Positions 35,613-46,108 of a stretch of 64,000 nt of DNA are shown one piece after another. This stretch comes from Chloroflexota bacterium. GTDB lineage: Bacteria; Chloroflexota; Anaerolineae; Aggregatilineales; Phototrophicaceae. The first letter of the stretch is position 1. Each line of letters starts with the position of its first letter. The stretch lies in assembly GCA_026707745.1 (NCBI GenBank), contig JAPOWG010000098.1, positions 4,241-68,240 of the forward strand, in the 5' to 3' direction. The notes under the pieces were generated by a model. It saw only the letters and a list, made by a program, of their open reading frames with translations, was not told the DNA's origin and ran no database searches. The translations under genes and the position numbers were made by a program.

Positions 35613-36755
35613 ATGGAAGTACCAGAAAAGAGCAGTGCGCTTTCGCCAGAACGCTTATCCCGCGAAAAGAGGGACGACTCCATCGAGTATATGTCGCGCG
35701 GGAAGCTGATCTGGCGTCGTTTCTGGCGGCATCGGCTGGCTCGGCTGGGCCTGCCGGTACTATTTGCGCTGTACATGATGGCGATATTCTCTGATTTCAT
35801 CGCGCCTTACCGGCCCTATACGCGCCTGAAGGGTTTCAAGGACGCGCCGCCGAGCGTCATCCACTTTGGGGTAGGAGAAAACAGGTTTCAGCCCTATGTC
35901 TACGCGCGCAAACGCAGCTTCCATCCCAAGACATTTCGCGAGATATACACCGAAGAGGAAGACAAGAAGTACCCCATTCACTTTTTCGTTCGCGGCGAAA
36001 CCTACGAGATACTGGGCTTGTTCAAGCTTGATCTACATCTCTTCGGCGTCGACGAGGGCGCCAATATCACGCTCTTCGGCACGGATTCGGTGAGTCGTGA
36101 TTTGTTCTCGCGCACGGTCATCGGGGCACTCGTTTCGCTTTTTGTGGGCTTGGGCGGCGTCGCCATCAGCTTCATATTCGGCTGTCTCATCGGCGGCATC
36201 TCCGGCTATGTAGGCGGCATCCTTGACGAAGTCATTCAGCGCATCATCGACTTGCTTATCGCCATCCCGACCTTGCCGCTTTGGATGGTGCTCTCGGCTG
36301 CGATCCCACGAGAGTGGCCGGTCGCGCATACGTATTTTGCCATCACGATCGTGTTGTCGATTGTGGGCTGGACGGGCTTGGCCCGCGTCGTGCGCGGCAA
36401 GCTGCTTTCGCTGCGAGATCTGGATTTCGTTGTCGCGTCCAGGCTGGCGGGCGGCTCCGACCTGTATATTATAACGCGCCATTTGCTGCCGAATTTCGCC
36501 AGTCACCTGATTGTGACTTTGACGCTGGCGATTCCCGGCATGATTCTTGGCGAAACGGCGCTGAGCTTCATTGGGATCGGCATGCAGGAGCCGGGTGTCA
36601 GCTGGGGTGTGCTGCTACAAGATACGATGAATTTCGGGGCGCTGGTACATCAGCCCTGGAAGCTCATTCCCGGCGTCTTCATCATTGTAACGATCCTGAT
36701 GTTCAACTTTGTGGGCGATGGCCTGCGCGACGCGGCCGATCCTTACTCGCTTTGA
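35613..36755 (+). CDS. ABC transporter permease (OppC/DppC-like)
   Basis: LFGTDSVSRDLFSRTVIGALVSL... and DFVVASRLAGGSDLYIITRHLLPN are OppC-type blocks. The start codon is uncertain. Confidence 0.88.
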   Translation: MEVPEKSSALSPERLSREKRDDSIEYMSRGKLIWRRFWRHRLARLGLPVLFALYMMAIFSDFIAPYRPYTRLKGFKDAPPSVIHFGVGENRFQPYVYARKRSFHPKTFREIYTEEEDKKYPIHFFVRGETYEILGLFKLDLHLFGVDEGANITLFGTDSVSRDLFSRTVIGALVSLFVGLGGVAISFIFGCLIGGISGYVGGILDEVIQRIIDLLIAIPTLPLWMVLSAAIPREWPVAHTYFAITIVLSIVGWTGLARVVRGKLLSLRDLDFVVASRLAGGSDLYIITRHLLPNFASHLIVTLTLAIPGMILGETALSFIGIGMQEPGVSWGVLLQDTMNFGALVHQPWKLIPGVFIIVTILMFNFVGDGLRDAADPYSL

Positions 36756-36765
36756 AACTGATGCA

Positions 36766-36869
36766 GCCGCTCGGCGCGTAACCGGCGAAAAGGTCACAGG
36801 AATGTCGCACTCACGCAAAATTGTAAGCCTTCTCGTCGCATGAGCGACGCGGTTTACATAAACAGGAGC
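36766..36869 (+). repeat. intergenic repeat family 1, subtype B copy; its 3' end supplies the AGGAG in front of the GH2 start codon
   Basis: GCCGCTCGGCGCGTAACCGGCGAAAAGGTCACAGGAATGTCGCACTCACGCAAAATTGTAAGCCTTCTCGTCGCATGAGCGACGCGGTTTACATAAACAGGAGC, followed by acgcaATG (36875). Confidence 0.85.
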
Positions 36870-36874
36870 ACGCA

Positions 36875-39421
36875 ATGGGTGAATTGAAAAGCCTGGACCA
36901 GGTTGACCGCGAATTATTCGGACCCGCTCCGTCTCCAGTCAGTGGTCAAGCCGATATGGTTGAGCTTTCACCCGGCAACTTCGGGGATTCAAACGGTCCT
37001 TTGCGCCTGTCTCTCGATGGCGAGTGGCTGATGGCGGAAGGCGGGAGGGAGGAGCAGCGACTTTCTGGGCTTTGGAAAGATGCCATCCCCGCCCTTGTGC
37101 CCGGCAGTGTGCATACCGCCTTGCTCGCGGCGGGCAGGATACCGGATCCCTATGTCGGCAGGAATGACGAGATCGCCAAGAAAGAGAGCTTCAAGACCTG
37201 GTGGCTCATGCGCCGCTTCGAGCGGCCCGCGGAAGTCGCAAATGCGCGGCTTGTCTTTGGCGGGATCTGCGATTCATGCTCGGTTTGGTTGAATGGCGAG
37301 AAGCTGGGCGATCACAAAGGGATGTTTGCCGGGCTGAACTTTGATGTTTCCTCCTGTCTTGCTGAGGGCGAAAACACGATCGTCGTTCGGCTTGATCCGG
37401 TGCCGGTTCGCATCAGCAGCGGCGAACCCAATGACTTTTTCCTCGGGATGAATGTTGGTTGGCTGGATACAGCTATCATCAACAACATCTATGGCTGGCA
37501 CTACATCGATTTGCCCACGCTGGGGATTTGGCGTCCCGTAAGTCTGCGAGAGCAGCCCGAAGTAGCCATAGAAGATCCCTTTGTCGCGACGATGGATGCC
37601 GGCGCCGGGGTCGTCCGGCTTCACACATCGCTGAAAAGCGGCGGCGCCAGCTTATCGGGTAGTCTACGGGGTACGATTGAACCGGAAAACTTCGAGGGAA
37701 ATGCCTACCAATTCAATTACCAGGTGGAAGCGACCGGAAGCAGGCAATCCGTTCTGCTCGAGATGAGGATCCCGGAAGCCAGACAGTGGTGGCCTGTCGA
37801 TTATGGCCAGCCCAATCTATACCGTATGAGGCTGACGTTTGTCTCGGGGGGCAAGGCGCTTGACTGCAGGGACTTCACTTTCGGTATCCGCACCGTTGAA
37901 ATGGCGCCTCTTCCCGATGGGCCCGACCCGGAATTGTACAATTGGACATTCGTCGTCAACGGAAAGCCGATTTTCGTCAAAGGCGCAAATTGGTGCACGT
38001 TGGATGCCTTGCTGCGGTTTGACCGCGAGCGGTACGAGCGTTTCTTGCATTTGGCGCGCGATTCGCACATGCAGTTGCTGCGGGCTTGGGGCAGCGGGAT
38101 GCCGGAAACGGACGAATTTTATGATGTGGCGGACCGCTGCGGCATAATGATTTTGCAAGAGTGGCCCACCGCCTGGAACAGCCACCGCATTCAGCCCTAC
38201 GACATCCTGGAAGAAACGGTGCGCCACAATACCATTCGCCTGCGCAATCATCCTTCGCTGGTGATGTGGGGCGGGGGCAACGAATCAGGCGAGCCCTTTG
38301 GCGAGGCGATCGACATGATGGGCCGAGTAAGTTACGAACTCGACGGCAGCCGCGCTTTCCACCGTGGCGAACCTTGGGGCGGCAGCATTCACAGCTACCA
38401 CGTTTTTTGGCAGCGTCAGCCGCTCTCTTACAATTTCACGCTTTCCGCGCCTTTCATCGGCGAATTCGGCTTGGCATCGGCGCCCAACTACGAGAGCGTC
38501 GAACGCTATTTGCCCGCCGACGAACTGGACGTTTGGCCACCGGCGAGCGACAGCGGGTTTACCCATCATATGCCGGTCTTCAATCTTAAAGCCGAGCAGG
38601 CGATTATGTCGCAGTACGTGGCTGATTTCGTATCGAACGATTCGCTGAAGAACTTCATCCTCGGCATGCAAATGGCGCAAGCAACCGGCATGCGGCATAC
38701 GCTCGAGCTGGCGCGAACGCGCTGGCCGGAAGCGACCGGCGTCTGCTATTACAAGCTGACCGATAACAATCCCGCCGCCTCTTGGGCGACGGTAGACTGG
38801 TACGGCGTTCCCAAGATTGCGTATCACATCTTGCGCCAGGCCTACCGTCCGCTGCATACCTGCGTTTTGTTCAACAGATTGTCATTCGTCGGGGTGCCCG
38901 CGACCTTCCCGGTTTACCTGTTGGACGACAGAGGCGCTCTTGGCTCGACGGACTGGGAAGTACGGGTCCGCGCCTTCGGCAGTGATTTGCATTTGCTGGA
39001 ACAACAGACATACGCAGGTTTTGCTTCGGGCGAACCTGTCCGTCGCCTGGGCGACTTTAGCCTGGACGCGGACCAAACCTGGAATCGCCCTTTGTTTATC
39101 GTTGCAGAGATCCTTACGGCTGAGGGGCTGCGCGATCGTGTCTTTTATTGGCTGAATTATGCGTCCATTCAAGGATGCCTGTTTGACTCGCCGCGGACTC
39201 AGCTTAGCCTTGGACGAGACGATCACGGTCATTTGACAATCAGCAATGCGGGAGGCAAGCCCGCGGTCGGCGTCCACTTTGTCTGTCCCGAATGCTCTGA
39301 CGAATTCAGTTGTGAAGACAGCTACTTCTGGCTTGATCCCGGGGAAGAGCGAAAAATCTTGACGAGCCACCGGGCTGGCGTACGGGTCGCTGCCTGGAAT
39401 GCGGATGAAACGGGACAGTAA
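36875..39421 (+). CDS. glycoside hydrolase family 2 protein, paralog of 29697..32273
   Basis: 848 aa and collinear with the first GH2. By eye, clearly more than half of the positions are identical in the blocks I compared (for example VPGSVHTALL, ESFKTWW, GIWRPVS, LYNWTF..NG.P.F.KG.NWCTLD, WGSGMPETDEFYD, GGGNESG, FIGEFGL). Confidence 0.82.
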   Translation: MGELKSLDQVDRELFGPAPSPVSGQADMVELSPGNFGDSNGPLRLSLDGEWLMAEGGREEQRLSGLWKDAIPALVPGSVHTALLAAGRIPDPYVGRNDEIAKKESFKTWWLMRRFERPAEVANARLVFGGICDSCSVWLNGEKLGDHKGMFAGLNFDVSSCLAEGENTIVVRLDPVPVRISSGEPNDFFLGMNVGWLDTAIINNIYGWHYIDLPTLGIWRPVSLREQPEVAIEDPFVATMDAGAGVVRLHTSLKSGGASLSGSLRGTIEPENFEGNAYQFNYQVEATGSRQSVLLEMRIPEARQWWPVDYGQPNLYRMRLTFVSGGKALDCRDFTFGIRTVEMAPLPDGPDPELYNWTFVVNGKPIFVKGANWCTLDALLRFDRERYERFLHLARDSHMQLLRAWGSGMPETDEFYDVADRCGIMILQEWPTAWNSHRIQPYDILEETVRHNTIRLRNHPSLVMWGGGNESGEPFGEAIDMMGRVSYELDGSRAFHRGEPWGGSIHSYHVFWQRQPLSYNFTLSAPFIGEFGLASAPNYESVERYLPADELDVWPPASDSGFTHHMPVFNLKAEQAIMSQYVADFVSNDSLKNFILGMQMAQATGMRHTLELARTRWPEATGVCYYKLTDNNPAASWATVDWYGVPKIAYHILRQAYRPLHTCVLFNRLSFVGVPATFPVYLLDDRGALGSTDWEVRVRAFGSDLHLLEQQTYAGFASGEPVRRLGDFSLDADQTWNRPLFIVAEILTAEGLRDRVFYWLNYASIQGCLFDSPRTQLSLGRDDHGHLTISNAGGKPAVGVHFVCPECSDEFSCEDSYFWLDPGEERKILTSHRAGVRVAAWNADETGQ

Positions 39422-40458
39422 TGGGCGACTCAACTGGCGCGCGGAAGCAGGCGCAATCGATCATTGATGTGGATAACTTGAGTGTGCACTTTCATGTTGA
39501 CGAAGGCACGCTTAAGGCGGTTGATCGCGTAAGCTTCTCAATCGCCGAGCGGCAGATGTTCGGCCTTATCGGGGAAAGCGGCTGTGGCAAGACCGTGACA
39601 GCGCAGTCATTGATGCGCCTGGTTCCAACGCCGGGAGAGATTGTCGGCGGCAGCATCAATTTTTTCGGCGAGTTGGGCGGTGAAACAGATCTGGTGCAAC
39701 TCGACAAATCAGGTTCGGAGATACGCGCAATTCGCGGCAACGAGATCGCGATGGTCTTCCAAGAGCCGATGTCCAGCTTGTCGCCAATCCACAGTATCGG
39801 CAATCAACTAATGGAAGCGGTGAGGCTGCATGTCACGCGTAACAAGCGGGAAGCCTATGAGATCGCATTGGAAATGCTCGATCTGGTCGGGATCCCCAAT
39901 CCTATTCAACGCATGGGGGAATACCCGCACCATTTTTCAGGTGGCATGCGCCAGCGAGTCATGATCGCCATGGCGCTTTCCTGCCGGCCGCGGCTGTTAA
40001 TCGCTGACGAACCAACGACCGCGCTAGACGTTACAGTGCAAGCGCAGATCCTCGATTTGATCGCGCAATCACAGGCGCAATTCAATATGGCTGTGCTTTA
40101 CATTACGCACGATTTGGGGATCATCGCGGAGATATGCGACAAAGTGGCGGTGATGTATTTGGGACAGATCGTCGAACATGGTTCGGTGCGAGACATCTTT
40201 CACAACCCTCTGCATCCCTATACACGCCGTTTGTTGGCGTCGACACCGCGCATTGGGCAGCGGACGTCTCGCTTGCAGACGATTGAAGGGACTGTGCCGA
40301 CGCCAATTGATTTACCCATTGCCTGCGGCTTTTGCGCGCGCTGTCCGGATCGCATAGACGGATCTTGTGATGTTGCCATGCCGGCGCTGGTGGAAATTGA
40401 AGACAATCACTTCGCGCGCTGTTTTCTGCATGACGAGCGACAGGAAGCCATGCTATGA
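39421..40458 (+). CDS. ABC transporter ATP-binding protein (OppD/DppD-like)
   Basis: Walker A GESGCGKT, signature FSGGMRQRV, Walker [13 protein letters not shown], and a C-terminal Cys-rich Opp-type tail. The start overlaps the GH2 stop (TAATG). Confidence 0.9.
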   Translation: MGDSTGARKQAQSIIDVDNLSVHFHVDEGTLKAVDRVSFSIAERQMFGLIGESGCGKTVTAQSLMRLVPTPGEIVGGSINFFGELGGETDLVQLDKSGSEIRAIRGNEIAMVFQEPMSSLSPIHSIGNQLMEAVRLHVTRNKREAYEIALEMLDLVGIPNPIQRMGEYPHHFSGGMRQRVMIAMALSCRPRLLIADEPTTALDVTVQAQILDLIAQSQAQFNMAVLYITHDLGIIAEICDKVAVMYLGQIVEHGSVRDIFHNPLHPYTRRLLASTPRIGQRTSRLQTIEGTVPTPIDLPIACGFCARCPDRIDGSCDVAMPALVEIEDNHFARCFLHDERQEAML

Positions 40459-41483
40459 GCGCTCAGCCCATCTTAAAGGTGGAGGGACTGAAGAAATACT
40501 TCCCGGTAGAAAAGGGCTTCCTCCGACGTGTTGTCGGTCAAGTAAAGGCGGTCGACGATGTTAATTTGGAGATCGCTGCCGGCGAGACCCTTGGACTGGT
40601 AGGCGAGTCCGGCTCCGGGAAGACGACGGTTGGCCGCTGCATCTTGCGCGCGCTCAAACCGACGCAAGGTTCCATTCAATTTCAGATCGCTGAGAATCGG
40701 ATCGTCGACATGGCGCAGTTGAGCGACAGAGAATTGCGCGCCGTCCGACCACAGGCCAATATGATCTTCCAGGATCCTTTCTATTCGTTGGATCCACGCT
40801 GGACTATTCTGGATATTGTAGGTGAACCGCTTAAACTGGCAAATTTGGCAAAGGGCAAAGAACTCGAAGATCGTGTGGCGTATTTGATGGAGGTTGTCGG
40901 CCTCGAGGCCAAGCACCTAAGGCGCTATCCGCACGCATTCAGTGGCGGGCAGCGTCAGCGCATCGGTGTGGCCAGGGCGCTTGCGACCAATCCCCGCCTT
41001 ATTGTTGCGGACGAGCCGGTTTCTGCGCTTGACGTGTCGACACAGGCGCAGATACTCAATTTACTGCAGGATTTACAGCGAGAATTTGCTCTGTCCTATC
41101 TGTTTATCGCTCATGACCTGAGTGTTGTCGAACACATATCAGACAGAGTGGCGGTGATGTACGTGGGCAAGATAGTCGAGGTTGCCAAACGCGATCAACT
41201 GTTTTTCTTCCCGAAACATCCCTATACCGAAGCGTTGCTGTCCGCTGTGCCGACCCCCGATCCTGATGTCGAGAAGGAACGCATCATTCTGCCTGGCGAA
41301 ATCGCCAATCCGGCTGACCCGCCCTCAGGCTGCTATTTCCATCCGCGCTGCCGCTATGTAAAGGCCATCTGCCGCGACGAAGAACCGCCCTTGCGTGAGG
41401 TGTCCCCGGGACAATGGACGTCTTGTCATTTCGCGGAGGAACTCAGCTTGGCTGGCGCTCCACAACAGCCGCACGGCGCGTAA
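40455..41483 (+). CDS. ABC transporter ATP-binding protein (OppF/DppF-like)
   Basis: Walker [10 protein letters not shown], signature FSGGQRQRI, Walker [13 protein letters not shown]. It overlaps the previous gene by 4 nt. Confidence 0.9.
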   Translation: MSAQPILKVEGLKKYFPVEKGFLRRVVGQVKAVDDVNLEIAAGETLGLVGESGSGKTTVGRCILRALKPTQGSIQFQIAENRIVDMAQLSDRELRAVRPQANMIFQDPFYSLDPRWTILDIVGEPLKLANLAKGKELEDRVAYLMEVVGLEAKHLRRYPHAFSGGQRQRIGVARALATNPRLIVADEPVSALDVSTQAQILNLLQDLQREFALSYLFIAHDLSVVEHISDRVAVMYVGKIVEVAKRDQLFFFPKHPYTEALLSAVPTPDPDVEKERIILPGEIANPADPPSGCYFHPRCRYVKAICRDEEPPLREVSPGQWTSCHFAEELSLAGAPQQPHGA

Positions 41484-41562
41484 CCGGCGAAAAGGACATC
41501 CGCACTCACAGAAAATAATGAACCTTCCGCCCGCCTGGACAAGTCGGTTTACGGTATAGAAG
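41468..41562 (+). repeat. intergenic repeat family 1, degenerate subtype B copy overlapping the last codons and stop of the oppF-like gene
   Basis: GCCGCACGGCGCGTAACCGGCGAAAAGGACATCCGCACTCACAGAAAATAATGAACC...GTCGGTTTACGG. The TAA stop (41481-41483) lies inside the GCGCGTAACCGGCG block. Confidence 0.65.
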
Positions 41563-41632
41563 AACTAAGCACAGCGCGCGCCGAGACGACACCGCTTTTG
41601 GAAGTTCGTTGGTCCCTGGGACTGGAGTGGTG

Positions 41633-41674
41633 GCCGAAAACAAGACGAGGGTGGCGAAGATTCGAGCCACCCTC
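41633..41674 (-). terminator. rho-independent terminator of icd
   Basis: GAGGGTGGC (41647-41655) pairs with GCCACCCTC (41666-41674). On the minus strand the hairpin is followed by CGUCUUGUUUUCGG. It begins 13 nt after the icd stop. Confidence 0.6.
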
Positions 41675-41687
41675 AGCACTAGTCAGA

Positions 41688-42944
41688 TTAGACGATATCC
41701 ATATTCTCGATGATGCGCGTCGCGAATTCGCTCGTGGCAACCTTGGTGGCATTCTCCATTTGGCGGGCGAAATCATAAGTGACATAACGCTGGTCGATCG
41801 TCTTTTCATAGGCTTTGGTTATCAACGCAGCCGCCTCAAACCAGTTCAGATGTTCCAACATCATTACGCCACTGAAGAGCAGCGAACCCGGATTGACCAT
41901 ATCTTTGTTGGTGTATTTCGGCGCGGTGCCGTGGGTGGCCTCGAACAGGGCGATCTCGTCGCCGATATTGGCGCCGGGAGCGATGCCGACGCCACCGACC
42001 TCGGCCGCCAGCGCGTCACTAAGGTAGTCTCCGTTGAGATTGGTCGTGGCGATGACATCGTGCTCGCGGGGGCGCAAGAGCATCTTCTGGAACATGATAT
42101 CGGCAATGGTGTCCTGGATCAAAATTTTGCCGTCGGGCACCTGCCCATTGTGTTTGTCGGCGACTTCGTCCCAGGAGATTGTTTCTTGCGGGAATTCCTC
42201 GCGCGCTAGCTCGTAGCCCCACTTTTGAAATGCGCCTTCCGTGAACTTCTGGATATTGCCTTTGTGAACCAGTGTTACGCTGCTGCGGCGGCGCTCGATG
42301 GCGTATTGAATAGCAGCGCGAATCAAGCGTTTGCTGCCGAAGGGACTGATCGGCTTAATGCCTAGACCCGCATTGGGGAAAAAGTTTGTGGCGCCCAATT
42401 CGTTCTTGAGAAAATCCGCTAACTTCTTGTTCTCCTCAGAGCCGGATTCGTATTCGATACCCGCGTAGGTATCTTCGGTATTCTCGCGAAAGATGACCAC
42501 ATCGACGTCTTCCGGATGTCTTAATGGACTGGGTACGCCATTGAACCAACGTACCGGGCGCACGCAACTATATAGGTCCAATACCTGGCGCAAGGTGACG
42601 TTTAGACTACGAAAACCACCTCCGACCGGCGTCGTTAAAGGACCCTTGATGCCGATCTTGTATTCGCGAAAAGCATCGAAGGTCTCTTCTGGCATGTAAT
42701 TCCCGCCGTAGACGCCGGCCGCTTTCTCGCCGGCATACACTTCCATCCAGGAGACTGCTTTGCTGCCACTGTATGCTTTGTTAACTGCAGCGTCCCAGAT
42801 GCGTTTGCTGGCGGTCATGATGTCGTAACCGATGCCGTCACCTTCAATGAACAGCAGAATCGGGTTGTCCGGAACATTCATTCTGCCATTGGAGAATGTG
42901 ATCTTGTCGCCGGTGGCTGGCGCAGATATTCGCTCGTAAGCCAT
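41688..42944 (-). CDS. icd: NADP-dependent isocitrate dehydrogenase
   Basis: 418 aa. [10 protein letters not shown]-type motif ([13 protein letters not shown]), [30 protein letters not shown] and [11 protein letters not shown]. Confidence 0.95.
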   Translation of the reverse strand: MAYERISAPATGDKITFSNGRMNVPDNPILLFIEGDGIGYDIMTASKRIWDAAVNKAYSGSKAVSWMEVYAGEKAAGVYGGNYMPEETFDAFREYKIGIKGPLTTPVGGGFRSLNVTLRQVLDLYSCVRPVRWFNGVPSPLRHPEDVDVVIFRENTEDTYAGIEYESGSEENKKLADFLKNELGATNFFPNAGLGIKPISPFGSKRLIRAAIQYAIERRRSSVTLVHKGNIQKFTEGAFQKWGYELAREEFPQETISWDEVADKHNGQVPDGKILIQDTIADIMFQKMLLRPREHDVIATTNLNGDYLSDALAAEVGGVGIAPGANIGDEIALFEATHGTAPKYTNKDMVNPGSLLFSGVMMLEHLNWFEAAALITKAYEKTIDQRYVTYDFARQMENATKVATSEFATRIIENMDIV

Positions 42945-43342
42945 CTTTCAATGGTCTCCTTTTCGTTTTGGCTCGATCAGTCTAATCGCGCGATTATATC
43001 ACAGAATGAGAGCGCTTGAATCGGTCTGTTGGGTCCAAGTGCGCCAATGCCACTTTGCCAGGGCCGTCGGCAACATTTCGCTATCACTTTAGTGCGCGCG
43101 CTCGGACGGATCATTGTGTGTAGAGCAGCTTTTGCAGAAGGTCGCGATAACGGGCTTCAGCTAGAAAACCAAATCAGTGGTAAAACAGATGGATACTATC
43201 CACCAATGGATTGAAAGTGTTGCAAGTAGGTGTCATTGTCAATCAGACCTGAGATACCTTGACGAAATCGCCCTTTGTTTATTCACGCCGCAAGAGCATA
43301 ATCTTGCATAGAATTCACTCGCTTGATCCGAGGCCAAGATAG

Positions 43343-44278
43343 ATGCATATCGTCTTGCTTTGTGCGACAAATCGCGGATTTCGCTTTGCCGAAACACTGT
43401 TTGATATTGGGCAAGGTCATCGCTTCACTGTCTTCAGTTTCCAAGAGACGCCTTGGGAACCACGGTATTTCGCCGAGATCAAGCGGCTGGTGCTTGAACG
43501 CGGTCATGAGTTCAATGAAGCGCGAAACGTTGCGCAATCAAAGTGGGGCAGCTTTTGGGCAAATGATGCGGTCGACTTGGTTTTCATCGTAAGCTGGCGA
43601 TACATGGTGCCGGCATGCGTTTTGCAGCGGGCCCGTCTAGGCGCATATGTGTTTCACGACTCGCTTTTGCCCAAATACCGCGGCTTTGCGCCCACCCTTT
43701 GGGCAATTAGAAACGGCGAAAAGGAATTAGGCGTTACGCTTTTCCAAGCTGCGGAAGACTTTGACGCGGGCGACATAGTTGATCAGCGCCCGGTTGCGAT
43801 TGGCGCCTGCGATTCTGTCGCCGACGTGATGAAGCGCGTAACGGGCACCTACCTAGATATCGTTAGAGACAATTTTTCCAGCCTTCTTAGCGGAAACTTT
43901 GCGACAAGGCCGCAAAACCACGAAGAGGCCACATATACATGTAAATGGACGCCAGAGGACGGTCTGATTGATTGGAACGATACCTCACAGGCAGTCTTCG
44001 ACCTGATCCGCGCGACTAGCAGGCCATATCCCGGCGCATTCACATATCTGAACAATCGAAAACTTACGGTTTGGTCGGCTGAACTGCCGGCTTCGCCGCG
44101 TCAGTATGTCTCCTCAGCGCCGGGTCGTGTGGTTGAGATAAGGCACGATGTTGGAAGTCTGGTATTGACGGGTGAAGGGTGCATTCTGCTAAAGGCAGTC
44201 CAGTTTGAGGGTAAGCCGGTCATGAACGCATCCGAGGCGCTCAATTCGCTTTCGCAGACGCTCGGCAAAAGGTATTAA
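43343..44278 (+). CDS. formyltransferase (Fmt/ArnA-N-terminal-like), probably a sugar N-formyltransferase
   Basis: The SWRYMVP...VFHDSLLPKYRGFAPTLWAIRNGEKELGVTLFQAAEDFDAGDIV pattern (HxSLLPxxRG, D) defines the formyl-transfer domain. A C-terminal Fmt-like OB domain is present. Confidence 0.8.
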   Translation: MHIVLLCATNRGFRFAETLFDIGQGHRFTVFSFQETPWEPRYFAEIKRLVLERGHEFNEARNVAQSKWGSFWANDAVDLVFIVSWRYMVPACVLQRARLGAYVFHDSLLPKYRGFAPTLWAIRNGEKELGVTLFQAAEDFDAGDIVDQRPVAIGACDSVADVMKRVTGTYLDIVRDNFSSLLSGNFATRPQNHEEATYTCKWTPEDGLIDWNDTSQAVFDLIRATSRPYPGAFTYLNNRKLTVWSAELPASPRQYVSSAPGRVVEIRHDVGSLVLTGEGCILLKAVQFEGKPVMNASEALNSLSQTLGKRY

Positions 44279-45222
44279 TGATGCCTTCTGTATCTGTGGT
44301 GATTCCAGTCTTTCTCAGCGAAAAGAGCATTGCTTTGGTTGTTCGGCAGTTAGCCGAGGCGCTTCCACAGATCACTAATTGCTATGAAGTTATATTGGTT
44401 GAAGACAATGGAGATGATGGAAGTTGGCTGGAAATAGAGTCTTTGGCGGGAGAATTCGAATGGGTGCGCGGTTTTAGGCTGATGCGGAATTACGGGCAAC
44501 ACAGCGCGCTGCTGTGTGGCATCCGCGCGGCGAATTTCGAGACTATTGTGACGATGGACGACGACCTGCAGCATCCGGTTGACAAAGTCCCGAGCTTAAT
44601 TGAGTTACTGAGCGAAGGCTACGACGTCGTATACGGGACGCCGCAACGACAGCGGCACAGTCTATTGCGTAATCTGGCTTCTATTCTAACCAAGTGGGTT
44701 TTGCAAGGAGCGATGGGCGCGGAGACCGCGCGAAGCATTAGCGCTTTCCGCGCATTCCGTACCGGCTTGCGCGAGTCGTTTGCCAACTACGACGGTCCCT
44801 TGGTCAATATCGACGTCTTGTTGACTTGGGGAACAACGCGTTTCACAGCTATTCCAACGCCTCATGCTCCAAGAACATTAGGCAAATCGAACTACTCGTT
44901 TGGCAAACTTTTCACGCATACGTTCAACTTGGTGACCGGCTTCAGCACCCTTCCCTTGCGTTTTGCCAGCGCGATAGGCTTGCTCTTGACCCTATTTGGA
45001 CTCATAATCCTCACATATATATTGCTGAGTCAGATTCTGACTTTCCAGTTTGAGGTGCCCGGCTTCACGTTTGTAGTCTCGCTGATTTCGGTTTTTGCCG
45101 GGGCGCAGATGTTTACCTTGGGTATCATCGGTGAATACCTGGCGCGAATGCACTTGCGCATCATGGACAAACCGGCGTACATAGTTCGACAGTCAACGGA
45201 AGACAAGGAGTCCCTTCAATAG
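44278..45222 (+). CDS. family-2 glycosyltransferase, ArnC / polyprenyl-phosphate sugar transferase-like
   Basis: VSVVIPVF..E....V...L, EVILVEDNGDDGS, NYGQHSALLCGI, MDDDLQHP, plus two C-terminal TM helices. The start overlaps the previous stop (TAATG). Confidence 0.85.
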   Translation: MMPSVSVVIPVFLSEKSIALVVRQLAEALPQITNCYEVILVEDNGDDGSWLEIESLAGEFEWVRGFRLMRNYGQHSALLCGIRAANFETIVTMDDDLQHPVDKVPSLIELLSEGYDVVYGTPQRQRHSLLRNLASILTKWVLQGAMGAETARSISAFRAFRTGLRESFANYDGPLVNIDVLLTWGTTRFTAIPTPHAPRTLGKSNYSFGKLFTHTFNLVTGFSTLPLRFASAIGLLLTLFGLIILTYILLSQILTFQFEVPGFTFVVSLISVFAGAQMFTLGIIGEYLARMHLRIMDKPAYIVRQSTEDKESLQ

Positions 45223-45974
45223 TGGAAAACCAACTTGTCAGATTCTTACCTTGGGATACAAATCACTTCGGACATCGCATCGGTCGCGCCAACATCCGCC
45301 GCCTGGACGAAGCGTCCTGGCAACTGCTGCGGGATGCCTGCAAGCAGATGGAAATAGATTGTCTGTACTTTCTTGCCGATGCCGGAGACTTGTCGTCAAT
45401 AAATGAATTGCAGCGCCACGGCTTCATCTTCGTTGATGTTCGCGTCACTATAGAACGAACAGTCCCGGACGCGGAGACTCCGCCATCTCGGCGCTCTATT
45501 GGGGACGCAATCCTTCGACCGTCCCGTGTTGACGATGTAGAGACCTTGGCGGCGATCGCTCGCGACAGCTTTACGGTGACCCGGTTTTTCGCCGATCCCT
45601 TTCTGGACAATGAAAAAGTCTCTGCTATGTACCAGATCTGGATTACCAAGAGTGTTACCACGGACTTTGCTGATCGGGTGATAGTGGCGGAAGTCAATCG
45701 AGAAAGCGTCGGTTTCGTAACTTGTCACCTGGACAGACATTTGCATGAGGGGAAGATAGCTCTGGCCGCTCTGGCGGCGTCAGCGCGGGGAAAGGGCTAT
45801 TCGGGGGCGATGATACAGCATGCTTTAGAGTGGTTTCGAGACCAAGGAATGGAGCGCGTAAATGTTCCAACCCAGGGCAGCAATATCTCAGCGCAACGGA
45901 TGTATCAGCGTCGCGGCTTCGTGACTCGGTCGACAGAGTTGTGGTTCCACAAATGGTTCCGGACTATGCCGTGA
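45222..45974 (+). CDS. GNAT N-acetyltransferase, WecD (dTDP-fucosamine acetyltransferase)-like
   Basis: The N-terminus LPWDTNHFGHRIGR... resembles WecD. The C-terminal GNAT core reads ...RGKGYSGAMIQHALEWFRDQGMERV...NISAQRMYQRRGF. The GTG start overlaps the previous TAG. Confidence 0.7.
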   Translation: MENQLVRFLPWDTNHFGHRIGRANIRRLDEASWQLLRDACKQMEIDCLYFLADAGDLSSINELQRHGFIFVDVRVTIERTVPDAETPPSRRSIGDAILRPSRVDDVETLAAIARDSFTVTRFFADPFLDNEKVSAMYQIWITKSVTTDFADRVIVAEVNRESVGFVTCHLDRHLHEGKIALAALAASARGKGYSGAMIQHALEWFRDQGMERVNVPTQGSNISAQRMYQRRGFVTRSTELWFHKWFRTMP

Positions 45975-46071
45975 GCGCTCGGCGGCAGCGAAAAGGTCAC
46001 AGGAATGTCCCGCTAACGCAAAATTGTAAGCCGTCTCGTCGCTTGAACGACGCGGTTTACATAAACAGAGC
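45975..46071 (+). repeat. intergenic repeat family 1, subtype B copy, starting immediately after the stop codon at 45972-45974
   Basis: GCGCTCGGCGGCAGCGAAAAGGTCACAGGAATGTCCCGCTAACGCAAAATTGTAAGCCGTCTCGTCGCTTGAACGACGCGGTTTACATAAACAGAGC. Confidence 0.85.
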
Positions 46072-46108
46072 ACTCAGTCGTTTGGGAAACTGAAGAATTG
46101 GCAGATCT

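Noticed and set aside
42945-43342. Possible gene remnant or small ORF in the 398-nt icd/formyltransferase divergent spacer (for example 43029..43214)
   Set aside because: No frame gives a protein-like translation or a recognisable motif. It is most simply a divergent promoter region.
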